Source: Octopus bimaculoides
Taxonomy: Eukaryota
Length of the DNA stretch: 60,874 bases
NCBI RefSeq assembly: GCF_001194135.2
Contig: NC_068981.1
Location: 179,129,950-179,190,823 of the forward strand
Reading direction: 5' to 3'
Shown here: positions 37,519 through 49,939 of the stretch, one piece after another
How positions within the stretch are numbered: position 1 is the stretch's first letter
Layout: every line of letters begins with the position of its first letter
The notes under the pieces: generated by a model
What the model saw: only the letters and a program-made list of their open reading frames with translations
Database searches by the model: none
Told to the model about the DNA's origin: nothing
Program-made: the position numbers and the translations under genes

Positions 37519-38043
37519 ATACTGCCAAACAATTTGTATTCCAAAGAAATGAACGTAAAATATATAAGAGTGATAAAATGTAACTTAAGATGTATCTTAA
37601 ATGTGATTAGGAGGCAAAATCAGACCAGCTTGAACTGTAACTTTTGTTACTTGGTTAAAACTACTGAATTTATTATCTATAGATATTATATAGTCTTGTT
37701 GAATTAATACACTTAATACAGGCTGGATATTTAATTGTTTGAGTAGAGTATCAGAATCAGAAAAGAATTAAACATATGCCAAAATTAATGTTCTTCAATG
37801 AAACTAACAATAAACTGTTTAAAACTGCTTAGGATATTTTGTCCCCTGTACAGCTACTATTGAATTTTATTAATCCAATATCTACAATAAACGAACATTT
37901 CATATAAGCTATTTCGGTCATTAGGCAGAAGTGTCATGGCGCATATCTCCACCATTTTCGTGAGAAACATATGCAGAGAAACATCACTACTTTATTAGTT
38001 ATACTTATATATATATATATATATATATATAGGAAAATGAAAA

Positions 38044-38137
38044 ATAATAATAAGGCACAATGCTAAACTGAAAGCATATTTTAATATATTAATATGTTAA
38101 AATATGCTTTCAGTTTAGCATTCTGCCTTATTATTAT
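38044..38137. repeat. 94-bp near-perfect palindrome
   Basis: The arms are reverse complements with 2 mismatches, centred on 38090/38091, and abut an N-gap. Confidence 0.95.
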
Positions 38138-38579
38138 NNNNNNNNNNNNNNNNNNNNNNNNNNNNNNNNNNNNNNNNNNNNNNNNNNNNNNNNNNNNNNN
38201 NNNNNNNNNNNNNNNNNNNNNNNNNNNNNNNNNNNNNNNNNNNNNNNNNNNNNNNNNNNNNNNNNNNNNNNNNNNNNNNNNNNNNNNNNNNNNNNNNNNN
38301 NNNNNNNNNNNNNNNNNNNNNNNNNNNNNNNNNNNNNNNNNNNNNNNNNNNNNNNNNNNNNNNNNNNNNNNNNNNNNNNNNNNNNNNNNNNNNNNNNNNN
38401 NNNNNNNNNNNNNNNNNNNNNNNNNNNNNNNNNNNNNNNNNNNNNNNNNNNNNNNNNNNNNNNNNNNNNNNNNNNNNNNATATATATATATATATATATA
38501 TAGATATACAAACAATATATGAGTATATGCATATATATGTACATGTATGTATATACCTTCATCCACATGTACATATAGA

Positions 38580-39645
38580 TACATAACTGGGTACATGACG
38601 TGGCAAAAGAACATGGACAAAATGGTAAACAAGGTGCAACAAACAAGCAGGCCACATAGAAACATCCCCTTCATCAGCTGCCACCCGTCGAGGCATGAAG
38701 TATCCCAGTCGACACGACCGGAGAACATGGGCGCGGTGAAAGGGTCATCCACACCAAGACGCCGGTGTATTATAGTGGTCGGGGCCACTCATCCCAACAC
38801 GTCATATAGCTACACGCGCACGCTGTCCTTCCGGTGTTTTGTCCTGCGAAACCAAAGCTGAGTCTAAGGCGCACAGGCGAGTCGAAGCCGGTACCGTTTT
38901 TTACCGCGGCCGGTGCCATCACGCCTTGAGAGGAATGCCATCGCCTATTTGCAAGCCTCGTCCCTTGACAGCGTACTCGGGCACCCGATCGCATTTGCGC
39001 CCGTGTCAGGAAGAAGGCTCACAAGAGGGACGGTCAAAACTCGGAGTTCTCCGACGCAGGCCACTCCCGTGTGCAGATCGCTTACGAGGCCAACCCCACT
39101 CAAGCGCAGCAGGAACCCAAACGGCGGACCCGGGGCAAATTGGCCGCGCATCGCGGCCCCTACTTTTGGTGACCGCAGCCACCTCCTCAAGACCTGGTCC
39201 CANNNNNNNNNNTGAAGTATCCCAGTTGACACGACCGGAGAACATGGGCGCGGCGAAAGGGTCATCCACATCAAGACGCCGGTGTATTATAGTGGTCGGG
39301 GCCACTCATCCCCAATCATCGCGCTCATCGGGATGCTCCGGTTTTTATAGTGTGCAGCGCCACCGCCGATTTTCTCCGAGGCTCCGAGCGACCGAACAGA
39401 GGGTCAAGTAGGGTTCCGACATTCGTGGACAGGACCACGCGTCCAGGGGGTGAATCCATCCGCCTGCGGGATTGGCTGCTATCCCTCGATGCATGGATCA
39501 TAACCGCACCTAAACGCCTGTTGTTCACCTTGCACCGAAGGCTGCGCGCTTGCCGGATCACTCTAACCATCCCCGGATGCGGCTATAATTGGTGTGATCG
39601 CAGTATTGGGTCCCGGCCGGGGTGCGGTTTCTTTCCTAGTCTTTC
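38580..39645. mobile_element. Unassigned GC/CpG-rich TE-like segment with a ~100-bp direct repeat
   Basis: Sharp rise in GC over the background. 38696-38794 recurs at 39213-39312. No confident protein motif was found. Confidence 0.5.
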
Positions 39646-39812
39646 CTATATACAACGGGCTTTCAGTTTCTACCAAATCCACTCACAAGGGTTTGGTCGG
39701 CCCGTGACTATAGTAGAAGGCTCTTGCTCAAGGTGGCATGCAGTGGGACTGAACATTGGACCATTGATGTGGTTGGGAAGCAAACTTCTTACCACACAGC
39801 CACGCCTTCACA
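39645..39812 (-). mobile_element. SINE family A, head
   Basis: CGGGCTTTCAGTTTCTACCAAATCCACTCACAAGG..GTGGGACTGAAC..CTTACCACACAGCCACGCC. Confidence 0.92.
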
Positions 39813-40596
39813 CTAAATGTATTATTTGAAAGTAATCCATGTCATGCTTTGTAACAAATCTCACCTGATTTTGAATTCAACGCTTGCTTCCTAACTCTGG
39901 CTGAATTTGAACTCAGTATTGTAAGGTGCACATTGCAAAATATGCTGTTCGGTGTTCGAACCTTACGGACATTCATAACACCTCATCTGATTTTGAAAAT
40001 TAATTGATAACCCAGCGTATTTTTACGTAGCCCTATATTCAAAGTATATATTTTTTTGTTATTTAAATTTTCATTATTTATATAATTTTTATTCTTTTAT
40101 ACCAAACGGCAGAATTGCAAGCTATAAATAATTCCCGAATGGAGAAAGAAATTGTGTTATAAACTAACATCAAACGTAAAACTTTCTTTGATATCCATGG
40201 AAGATTGTCACGAAATAAAAGAATAATAAAAAAAAATAGAAGCCAATAGGCTATATACAACAAGAAAAAGATATAAAAATGAATACAACTTAGCTCCTTA
40301 TGTCTTTTTGATTTAAAATTTACTCTCATTTCCAAACTCGTTTTATAACTTAGAAGTTTTAACTGACAAGACAAATTATATTTATTACCGATTCAGAAAT
40401 AACATTATAGAACCTCAATGACTTTGACAGACATAAAATACCTAACAATAGCTCCGCCAAATCCAGCCATTCTTATTTATAGCTTAGGGATAGCGGCACA
40501 ATTTACTTACATTTGATTATTGCGCTGTTACGAAAAACCTAATGTGACAGTCTTTGCAAATGCAAGCATTGATATTTATATTACTCGATATCACCT

Positions 40597-40719
40597 CTTC
40601 TTCTTCTTCTTCTTCTTCTTCTTCTTCTTCTTCTTCTTCTTCTTCTTCTTCTTCTTCTTCTTCTTCTTCTTCTTCTTCTTCTTCTTCTTCTTCTTCTTCT
40701 TCTTCTTCTTCTTCTTCTT

Positions 40720-40802
<83 letters not shown>

Positions 40803-40910
40803 CACCACCACTACCACCACCACCACCACCACCACCACCACTACCACCACAACTACTACAACCACTACCGCCAGCCCCACCACCAACGTCATCATCATCA
40901 TCATCATTAT
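40597..40910. repeat. Compound trinucleotide array: (CTT)51, (CTA)n, (CCA)n, (CAT)n
   Basis: Direct reading. It accounts for the homopolymer ORFs at 40520-40945. Confidence 0.97.
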
Positions 40911-41773
40911 CTTTTGTTTTGGTAGTTGTCACTAATTTTTGTTAATATTATTTATTGATTTATTATTTTCTCCTTTTCTCGTATTTTTCTGAATGAAATA
41001 TGATTTCTGTGTTGGCTTCGGGTGAGGAAACTTTAGTGAAAAGAATGGCAAGTGCTTCTGAAGATTTCACTCAGAATATCTTTTAAGTGGAAAGGAAACA
41101 GATTTTTAGATTGCAGTAGCTTTTTCTAAGGTTAAAAATATATCTCTCTAATTTTTCATTTACATATATTTCCTGTCTTTCTGTCAGCATATCTTTTTTA
41201 GGAGACCTGCAATGATTCCTATACATTTTGTAGATTTCTTGTCGGAGTTTATATCTTCCCTGGTTCGTTTCTCTTTCTCCCTTTAACTTTTTTTTAACTT
41301 ACACAAGCTTCCTATCTGAAATCGCATTATACCTTCTACTTTTATATAACTTTCAATGGCATAAATCGCTTGCAAGTGAGTATGTAATATAATATTAGAC
41401 ATTACAAGTATCGATATGAGACTGGACCAATGTTAGGATGCTAACCGCAAAAGTCAGTCGTTTGCCGGGTTATTGTGTTACCGATGATTCTATCACTTAA
41501 TTTGCTATAATCTTAACAGTATTATATATGCGCCACAATTCCTGTAGTATACTTGTTTCTCTCTACAATCTCAAATTGCTACGTATAATACGACAGTTAA
41601 TCGAGAGTTTTTTTTTTATATGAATGTATGTTTGCTTTTCTACTCATATCCTTATATACATTCATACTGTCCACATATGCATAAATATATAAGTGTGTAT
41701 ATGTTTGTTGATATCTTTCATTGTCTCTAACATACCTTCATTGACATTTATTTGTATCTGCCATACACCGGAG

Positions 41774-41822
<49 letters not shown>

Positions 41823-41884
41823 ATGATTACTCGCTGACCAAAACATTCAATTTTTTCTCCGTGTTTTTCTCCTTGCCTCCGTAT

Positions 41885-41921
41885 TCTTTCTGTTGAAGAG
41901 CGTAGCTCGAAACGTTAAAGA
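41885..41921 (+). ncRNA. Minimal type I hammerhead-like motif with a CUGUUGA core variant
   Basis: TCTTT-CTGTTGA-A-GAGC/GCTC-GAAA-CG-TT-AAAGA, with palindrome AACGTT. It lies in a ~190-bp segment flanked by (TA)n on both sides. Confidence 0.65.
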
Positions 41922-42012
41922 CTCTCTGTATTCCCGAGCGTTAAACTAATACATCCTTTTGTTGTCTACACCACCTGTTCGCTCCTGTTGTTGCTTTTTC
42001 GTAAATTCTCCC

Positions 42013-42045
<33 letters not shown>

Positions 42046-42187
42046 CTTAAACATTTTTTTTTATTAGATTTTAGGTACCACTAGAGAACAAATTTTGATT
42101 ACTAATTGCTGGAATAATCTAATTTGTTTGAAGTTTTATAACTCATTATATTACAAATGTATATATATATATATACTATCATATGTG

Positions 42188-42350
42188 CAGTCGTGGGTGT
42201 GTGATAAGAAGTTTGCCTCCCACCACATGTTCCTGGATTAATTGTCAGTGCATGACACCTTTGGCGAATGTCTTCTACTATAGCCCCGGGATGACCAAAA
42301 CCTTCTGAGTGGATGTCGTAGACGGAAACTAAAAAAAAACGCCCGTCCTA
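42188..42350 (+). mobile_element. SINE family A, head
   Basis: AAGAAGTTTGCCTCCC..CACCTTTGGCGAATGTCTTCTACTATAGCC..GTAGACGGAAACT. Confidence 0.85.
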
Positions 42351-42356
42351 TATATT

Positions 42357-42425
<69 letters not shown>

Positions 42426-42935
42426 GTATGTATGTATACGCATTTATATGCATTTATATATTTTAACAAACCAAATGGATGGATTTTAAATTTTGTGACA
42501 ATTGTTTCGCTGAGAATCGTTATTTGATATAAGCATAATTCAATATTTTGGATTGCGTTGCAATTCCCATGCTTATCATGCAATGGTCAAAACACAGGTG
42601 ATCCGAGACTTGTTGAGTAGTCTGTTGATTACCAAGAAAATGAGGCTATTGTCAAAGTTACCGATATAAAAGAATGAAGTGGGCGTGTTAAGAAACCATC
42701 AATCAAGAAATGTACGAAAATGGAGGGGAAGAATTCTACTCTTCGTTGAATTATTGGTAAAAAATAGCATAGCGAATTGCACAACAAGAATGTCTGGTCT
42801 TCATCACTATATTAAAGCCGATACTGTATTACTTCAATGTCTATTTTGTGTGATTCCGTCCTGCCAATCGATGGCTTACTACACGTTGGTATGCTTCGAT
42901 CTTATATGAATCCTATATAACTGAATTATATATAT

Positions 42936-43021
<86 letters not shown>

Positions 43022-44499
43022 GTGTATATATATATATATATATAATTGATGCACTAGATATGACTCTCTCAATGCACCGAGTGTTAAAACACATGACAAT
43101 CATAGGCATAGACAGGCGAGAAACTTCACAAGTCCCATTCAGGAGCGGTGGACATCGCTGTTTCGTCATTTCTGTGGCTATTCAACATGACGTGCCTGAA
43201 CCGAGCCGGAGGCAAATTGAATAGCCTGTCTATGACGATATATAAAATGGTGTAAAAACCATCTGCTGGTTTGCCCGATCGATGCCACGTGGGAATAAAT
43301 TCAAATATAATGTGTGTGTGTGTGTTTGTTTGTTTGTATTTGTTTGTTTGTGTGTGTGTGTGTGCGTGTGTCTGTGTGTGTGTGTGGAAGTGTGTGGAAA
43401 CAGATGTCATACGCTCACGTGTGTATGGAATAATATTCATGTCACATTTATCTAAAAGTTTGTCATCAAGCTTCAGTAATTTTCTAAAACACTATTTTTG
43501 TTTCGACAAATTTGGTGCAATATTGTTGAGCTGATTTTTAACTTTTCCAATATATACTTTGAAGATGTTAAATGTTAGTTAATAAATTATCTCTGTTCTT
43601 TCATTGGTGATTCCAACTTGTCAAATAATGTCTATCCCTGCTTTGCTAGATAAAGAAATAATGTTTAGCAAAATTTGTCGAATTATACTTTGCTTTTCTG
43701 CTTATATCGTGAATTATAGTTCTTCACACATTTTAGAATATTTGATAATCAGCACATCACGATGGTTTAAAGTCTCACCAACTTTCTTTTTGCATTTCTG
43801 TTATTAACTGTAAAATAATTACAAACACGTTTCGTTTGAAGTGCAATTGCATATGCTTATATCGTTATGCAGTGTTTAGCTAATTCTACAGAATTATTTC
43901 TTCGTAACTATTTCTCCAAATTATGATTTTCTATATTCTTTTATTTTATATAGCTACAGTAATCGCTATACGCAAACTTAACCATATTGCATGTACCACT
44001 GACGAGAAAATACAAAATGCTTATCAATTAATTGGTCGTTGTATTCTGCAAAAGTTGGGTAAAACTCATTTATATAATCATGTCAGTTGAAAACTGGCAA
44101 ATTGTAAAACAATTTAAACTTAAGCTTATGCATAACAACACTTGTAGCAATGGCATTAATTAATTGTATAACAATCACTTACAGTATATATCTAATCTCC
44201 AGTCATTGGCATATGAACAAAATATACTGTATAATGTAAATATTCATTTTCTTACACCTTTGCACCATCAAAACGAAGACGTTCTGAACTGGTATTACTT
44301 ACACGTCTATTTTATGTTATGTAGTTGAAAATAAATGTTGAGAGATTATTTAGGAAATTTTAACCTCCCACAAAGACTCATATCTATTATATAATATTTG
44401 CTATATTCTTTAATTCAAATTCTTTCTATTTAAATTTAATAATTAAATGGAGGAAGACAAACAACACCAGTAAAATGACACGATTGCGTTCAATGTAGT

Positions 44500-44884
44500 T
44501 GTTGTTGTTGTTGGCACTCCGTCGATTACGACGTCGAGGGTTCAAGTTGATCCGATCAACGGAACAGCTTGCCCGTGAAATTAACGTGCAAGTGGCTGAG
44601 TACTCCACAGACACGTGTACCCTTAACATAGTTCTCGGGAATATTCAGCGTGACACAGTGGACAAGGCTGACCCCTTGAATTACAGGCAAAACAATGACA
44701 GGAAGTAAGAGAAAGTTGTGGTGAAAGAGTACAGCGGGGTTCGCCACCATCCCCTGCCGGAGCCTCGTGGAGCTTTAGGTGTTTTCGCTCAATAAACACT
44801 CACAATGCCTGGTCTGGGAATCGAAACTGCGATCCTATGACCGCGAGTCCCCTGCCCTAACCACTGGGCCATTGCGCCTCCACT
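44500..44884 (-). mobile_element. SINE family C, full length
   Basis: Reverse complement of 23807-24196, with a perfect TSD GTTCAATGTAG(T) at 44488-44499 and 44885-44896. Confidence 0.95.
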
Positions 44885-45485
44885 GTTCAATGTAGTGTAC
44901 TCCACTAAAAGATCTCAAGGCCCAAATGTTGGTGCTAAACTGGACGAGATACTAAGTCTACTATTCAAGATTAGGAACAGCCCCTCGCACTCAATTTTCA
45001 TCTACCAAATTTCATTTAGATGAGTTTGTCGATCTGTATCTATGTCAGAAGATATATCACTAAGGTGCCACACAATGGGAGTGGATAAGAAAATATGGAA
45101 TTCAAAGCAAATCTCTTAACCTAAGAGCTATGACTGTACATAAGTATTTACAGTAACAATATTTGAGATACTTGGTAGATAGGCAGGAAAATATTTGTAA
45201 GGAGAAATAAAATAGAAAATTTTAAACGATAAAAAAAATAATTAAAAATATTTCAGGCGATTAAAATATTGAGTACAGATCAGAGTAACTCATGAATTTC
45301 AGGAGTAATTCCTAAAGATATTCATTCCAAGAGTTATACACTGTAGAATTATTTTCAAAATATTTAAAATTATAATTACGGGTTTATTCATACAAAACTA
45401 TGAGACACGTACATAAATATCATTTGAAGTGTAACGTCATTGTTTATAAATATGAATGAATGTAAGATATTTCTTTTATCTTCAG

Positions 45486-46950
45486 AACAAAAGCAAATAC
45501 AAAGAAGTTGTCAATAAATTTATCTCTAGTGATCTAAGTTCCGGCACCTCGAGTATATGACCGAAGTGTGCTCCAGAGGAAACACCCGTTACGACATTGA
45601 ATTTAATAAAAAGTACATCATAGAAGATAATAAGTAAAAAAAAAAAATAGAGAACAAGATCAAAAACAAACTTAGCAATGACTTATTTCCAGTCATAATT
45701 TTAAAAGAATGTTGTTCTAAAACAACAACCCTTGTAAACAGATATCCTTGGCGCTGTGTTCCAGATACAGGTAATATAAATTATGTCTCTATCACAAACG
45801 TTTTGGTAAGTAGCAAAAAACTTTAAACAGTAAACAGAGCAATAAGAAACGTATGAGTTAGGTTCTCTCACATAACAAAATCATATATATTAAAACCTTT
45901 TGAAAGAAATAATGTTAGAGATTGTGTGCTGCCTTCAAAAAAGCAATCTTCTCAATCCAAACCAATAGGGATTCCGAATGTAAAGAAATTGCCTTAATCG
46001 ACCTCATTATATGCACTAGAAAATAGTTCAAATGCTGACGTTACATATTTAGACTACAGCACGGGTTCATCCATGCAAATCCTAATCACTTATCCAGAAA
46101 AATTATTGACCACTGATATTCAAGCAACATTATATTGGGAAAGTACGATCTAATTAATATAAATTCTATGTGGTCTGTAATAGAATATGGTGGAGTACAG
46201 GGAAAAAGACATGAACGGTGTTCCCCAACAGACTGTATCCGGTTCGCAGTTTCTTCATTGTTATGTAAATGATCCTGGGAATGAGTCTCAACAGAGTAAA
46301 ACATTTCTGCAATAGAAGAAAACCTCACGCAAAATATAAAGATTGAAGCCAAAAATTCTCTTCTCTCATTCAAATCTAAATTCTTCCTTAGACGGTTTCA
46401 ATAAAGTAATATAGTTTTGTTCAGAAAATAAGATAGAACAGTCCTTTTCCTTTTTCTCCGTCAAATCTCTCAGATCATCAGATAACTGTACAGACCTAAA
46501 AGTAATTGTCGATAAAATCTGTAATGGTAGGATTACATTTAAAAAGAATTGATGCTACTAGTAGAATTTGCGCCTCAATACTCAGACCATTGCAGCTAAG
46601 AGACGGTGATATCGTAATTCCTTTGTACCTTGCCGTTCTTCGAACACACAAACAATATCGGTGCCCAATATCGCCACAGCATATTAAAATGGACACAAAT
46701 CAATGAGTCAGTGTAGATGCGTTTCACAATATAAATCATAAATAGTTTTGGCTACTATGATTTCTTAAAGACATTAATATACTACAAAAGGAATATGGTG
46801 ATGTACAAATTCTGTTAAACAATTTAGCAATGAGTGAGACCTAGCAGCACGCTAACGGTTGCAAAATAAACACAATAGTGCCCACTTTAACAATATCCTA
46901 TATTGGACCTGGTCTGTTCAACATTTCTGACACTGACACACAAATTCATA
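45486..46950 (+). mobile_element. Ancient CR1-group LINE ORF2 relic
   Basis: Decayed motifs in the expected order: KEVVNKFISS, LLNPNQ*GFR, DVTYLDYS, GVPQQTVSGSQFLHCYVND, DIVIPLYLAVLRTH. A second LGPGLFNI fragment lies near 46905. Confidence 0.7.
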
Positions 46951-47639
46951 CATGAGCAGTTAGAATGTGCTTAGATACGATCATATTTTAACTTCACTTT
47001 GGATTTTTAACAATTCCAGACAAAATGCCTGTGTCAGATTTTGTTTCCCTGCTGGAATAGGATAAGCTTATAAATCCCAAACTACGATACGCTACGTGTT
47101 GGAATTTTTAAAGGTAATCAGTATAATAACACCCATCTTCTCGATCATACATGAGTTAATTTTTATACTTATTTAGCAAACACAGGCATCTGTAAGAATG
47201 GAAGTAGCGTCTTATTTGCTATTGACTTGAAGTAGAGAATGAGGAATTATTGAAGATACTACAATAATGTATACCGAAGAAGTAACAGGGAATATTTTGC
47301 ACCTTACTGTAGTTAAGGAGGGAAGAACAAACATTTTGTAATTTGTTTTGTGTTATGTCTGTTAGAAAGATGGAGAAAAGATAAAAGACAAGATGAAAAG
47401 TGAGAAGACGGAAGCGGAAAAGTATGAGAGTTAAGTTGGATGTGGTACGACATAGTAGAAAGGAAGTAGAATATCATTTATCATAATGACTCAAAATCGC
47501 AATAATTTTGCCGTGCCGAGGAACTGAAACGTAATCTAAATACGAAGTGACATAGAACGTTCTTGCCGTTAGTGGAGGAACGATAATGAAGGAGATACAA
47601 AACCATGCCAATGTTGATAAATGATGTCAATGAGAATGT

Positions 47640-47765
47640 TGACGATGACGACGACGATGATGACGATGAGGATGATGGAGATAACGATATTGATAATGAC
47701 GGTAATGATGATGACGATGATGATGATGATAATGATGATGATGATATTGTTGTTGTTGTCGTTTA
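47640..47765. repeat. (GAT/GAC)n low-complexity tract
   Basis: Direct reading. Confidence 0.9.
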
Positions 47766-48336
47766 TGATAACTACAACAACACAACAGATATAACTCCGC
47801 CAGGATATTATTAAGGAAAGAAAGCTTTCAATAATCTTTCAAGTACTTAGAATCCTTTGATAATCTTTTCTGCCTCTTAGAGGCAAATTTTCTGCAGAAG
47901 CTCTACAGGACATTCTATTCCAATTCCAATCTCGTTCAACTATTTGTCTATATTATTGCTTACAGTTCCCACTGCACCAACTATTACAGGCACAACCTTT
48001 ACAGATTTCATATTCCAAATTCTTGAAATTTCAAATTTTAAGAACTTGTACTTTGTCTTTCGTCTTCTTTCTTTACGATCCTGGAATCAAAGGGACAAGA
48101 GATATTATTATTATTATTATTATTATTTGTTTGACTTTTGCTTTGTATTTGTACAAGTCTCACCCAGAGACCTCAAAAGACAAGTTAGAAGTTCAAGTTG
48201 GTGTAATGGCGTGGGTGACATATTTCTGTTTTGCATAGAATATCACTCCAGAGAATGTCTGTGAAAACATAAGAAAATCAAAAGTTTGTTTTAAAAGTAA
48301 TTTGATTGCAACATGGTTGTTGTGTCTTGTCGACAC

Positions 48337-48618
48337 TGTTATGTCCTTCTTTGAACTCATTGTATATGCCACTTATACAGTAGACTTCTAACGTAGACTT
48401 CTAAGAGGGTTATAACAATACAAATATAAATCAGAAACGACACATATCAAAACAATATCTCTTCTCAACAACTTCCACGACTGTCTTCACAAAGCGCCTG
48501 CACACATCACACTGTCCTTCACTGACAGTGCGCATGCACCTTTATACGGTTTAGGATAGTTGACTTGCTATCCCACACAGGTGTCAGGATTTCACCAGAA
48601 CATCTCCCCTTTTTGATT
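48337..48618 (-). mobile_element. 3' LTR (~266 bp) preceded by a polypurine tract
   Basis: On the minus strand AATCAAAAAGGGGAGA is followed directly by TGTTCTGG...GGACATAACA, with an internal TATAAAGG. Confidence 0.65.
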
Positions 48619-48823
48619 TTGACTTTCGTTGGAAGTTAATATTTTTCTTTTATTTATTATCTTTATTACCATCTCTCCCTTTTTTTTTTCGCTAGACCCC
48701 AGTGTTGAACCTAATCCAGAGCCAATGGATTTCGTACCATTCAAATATGAATCAGAAATTGAGAAATCGACATTTCTATCAGTGAAAAGAAGTTAATCGT
48801 TTTCGTGCTAAAATCATTAACTT

Positions 48824-49051
48824 AAAAACTGATGATGTCATTCCATCAACGTGTGGACGCTGGCTGCTCTCGTTCATACTTTACGTTAAAATTTCTGTAA
48901 TTTTGAATTTTTATCACTTCTGATTTTGAACTTGACAAAGACAGACTTACTGTTGAAATATCGTTCAACTAATAAAATATCTTACAGTCGAATCGCGCTC
49001 TTCGTCTTGACTGTTTACCTTTGTGAAGAGTTACGGCAATCCTTTTTAAAA

Positions 49052-49112
<61 letters not shown>

Positions 49113-49667
49113 ATATTTTCAAAAGGATTGGCGTAACTCTTCACGAAGGTTTAATGGGCACAGATTCGACGTNNNNNNNNNNNNNNNNNNNNNNNNNNNN
49201 NNNNNNNNNNNNNNNNNNNNNNNNNNNNNNNNNNNNNNNNNNNNNNNNNNNNNNNNNNNNNNNNNNNNNNNNNNNNNNNNNNNNNNNNNNNNNNNNNNNN
49301 NNNNNNNNNNNNNNNNNNNNNNNNNNNNNNNNNNNNNNNNNNNNNNNNNNNNNNNNNNNNGAATATCATCAAATTTATACAAAACTGTTTGATTGAGTAT
49401 TCTTCTTTCTCTCTTGTTCTTTTCTTTTTTTCTGTCGTTTTCCTTTTTCTATTTTTTTCTTTCTTTCTGCCTGTTATAAAACTGATGATGTCATTACATC
49501 AACGTATGGACGCTGGTTACTTTCGTTCATAGTTTACGTTTAGGTTTATGTAATTTTGAATTCTTAATCACCTTTTGTTTTGAACTTGAGAAAGACAGAC
49601 GTGCTGTCGAAATATTGTTCAACGAATAAAACATCTATACAATCGAATCGCGCTCTTCGTCTTGACT
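48824..49667 (+). repeat. Two diverged ~190-bp direct repeats (48824-49012 and 49478-49667)
   Basis: AAAACTGATGATGTCATT...GAATCGCGCTCTTCGTCTTGACT at both sites, about 80% identical by eye. Confidence 0.9.
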
Positions 49668-49688
49668 ATTATTATTATTATTATTATT

Positions 49689-49750
<62 letters not shown>

Positions 49751-49939
49751 GTTGTTGTTGGTATTATGTCTGGGGTGTCATATATTTGGTTTTGTACATA
49801 GTATTGTTCTAGAGAATGTTTAAGAAAATAGAAGAAAATTATAAGTTTGTTTTAAAATTTGTGATTACATAGACACTATGTCAGAGGTGCCCTAAGAATG
49901 ATAGCAAAAGGGGCTGATTGCTACCTAGCTCAGATACCA

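Noticed and set aside
42495-42512. Minus-strand GAAACAATTGTC, and GAAACAATTGTA on + near 22399
   Set aside because: Only the 3' half of a hammerhead is present, with no CTGANGA or helix I upstream.
45486-45610. Apparent terminal exon (strong acceptor, NKSKYKEVVNKFISS..*, AATAAA)
   Set aside because: The peptide fits the pre-RT region of the CR1-group relic that continues in order downstream.
48824-48860. CTGATGA in both ~190-bp repeats as a hammerhead core
   Set aside because: There is no GAAA (both copies read CATCAACGT) and no helix I.
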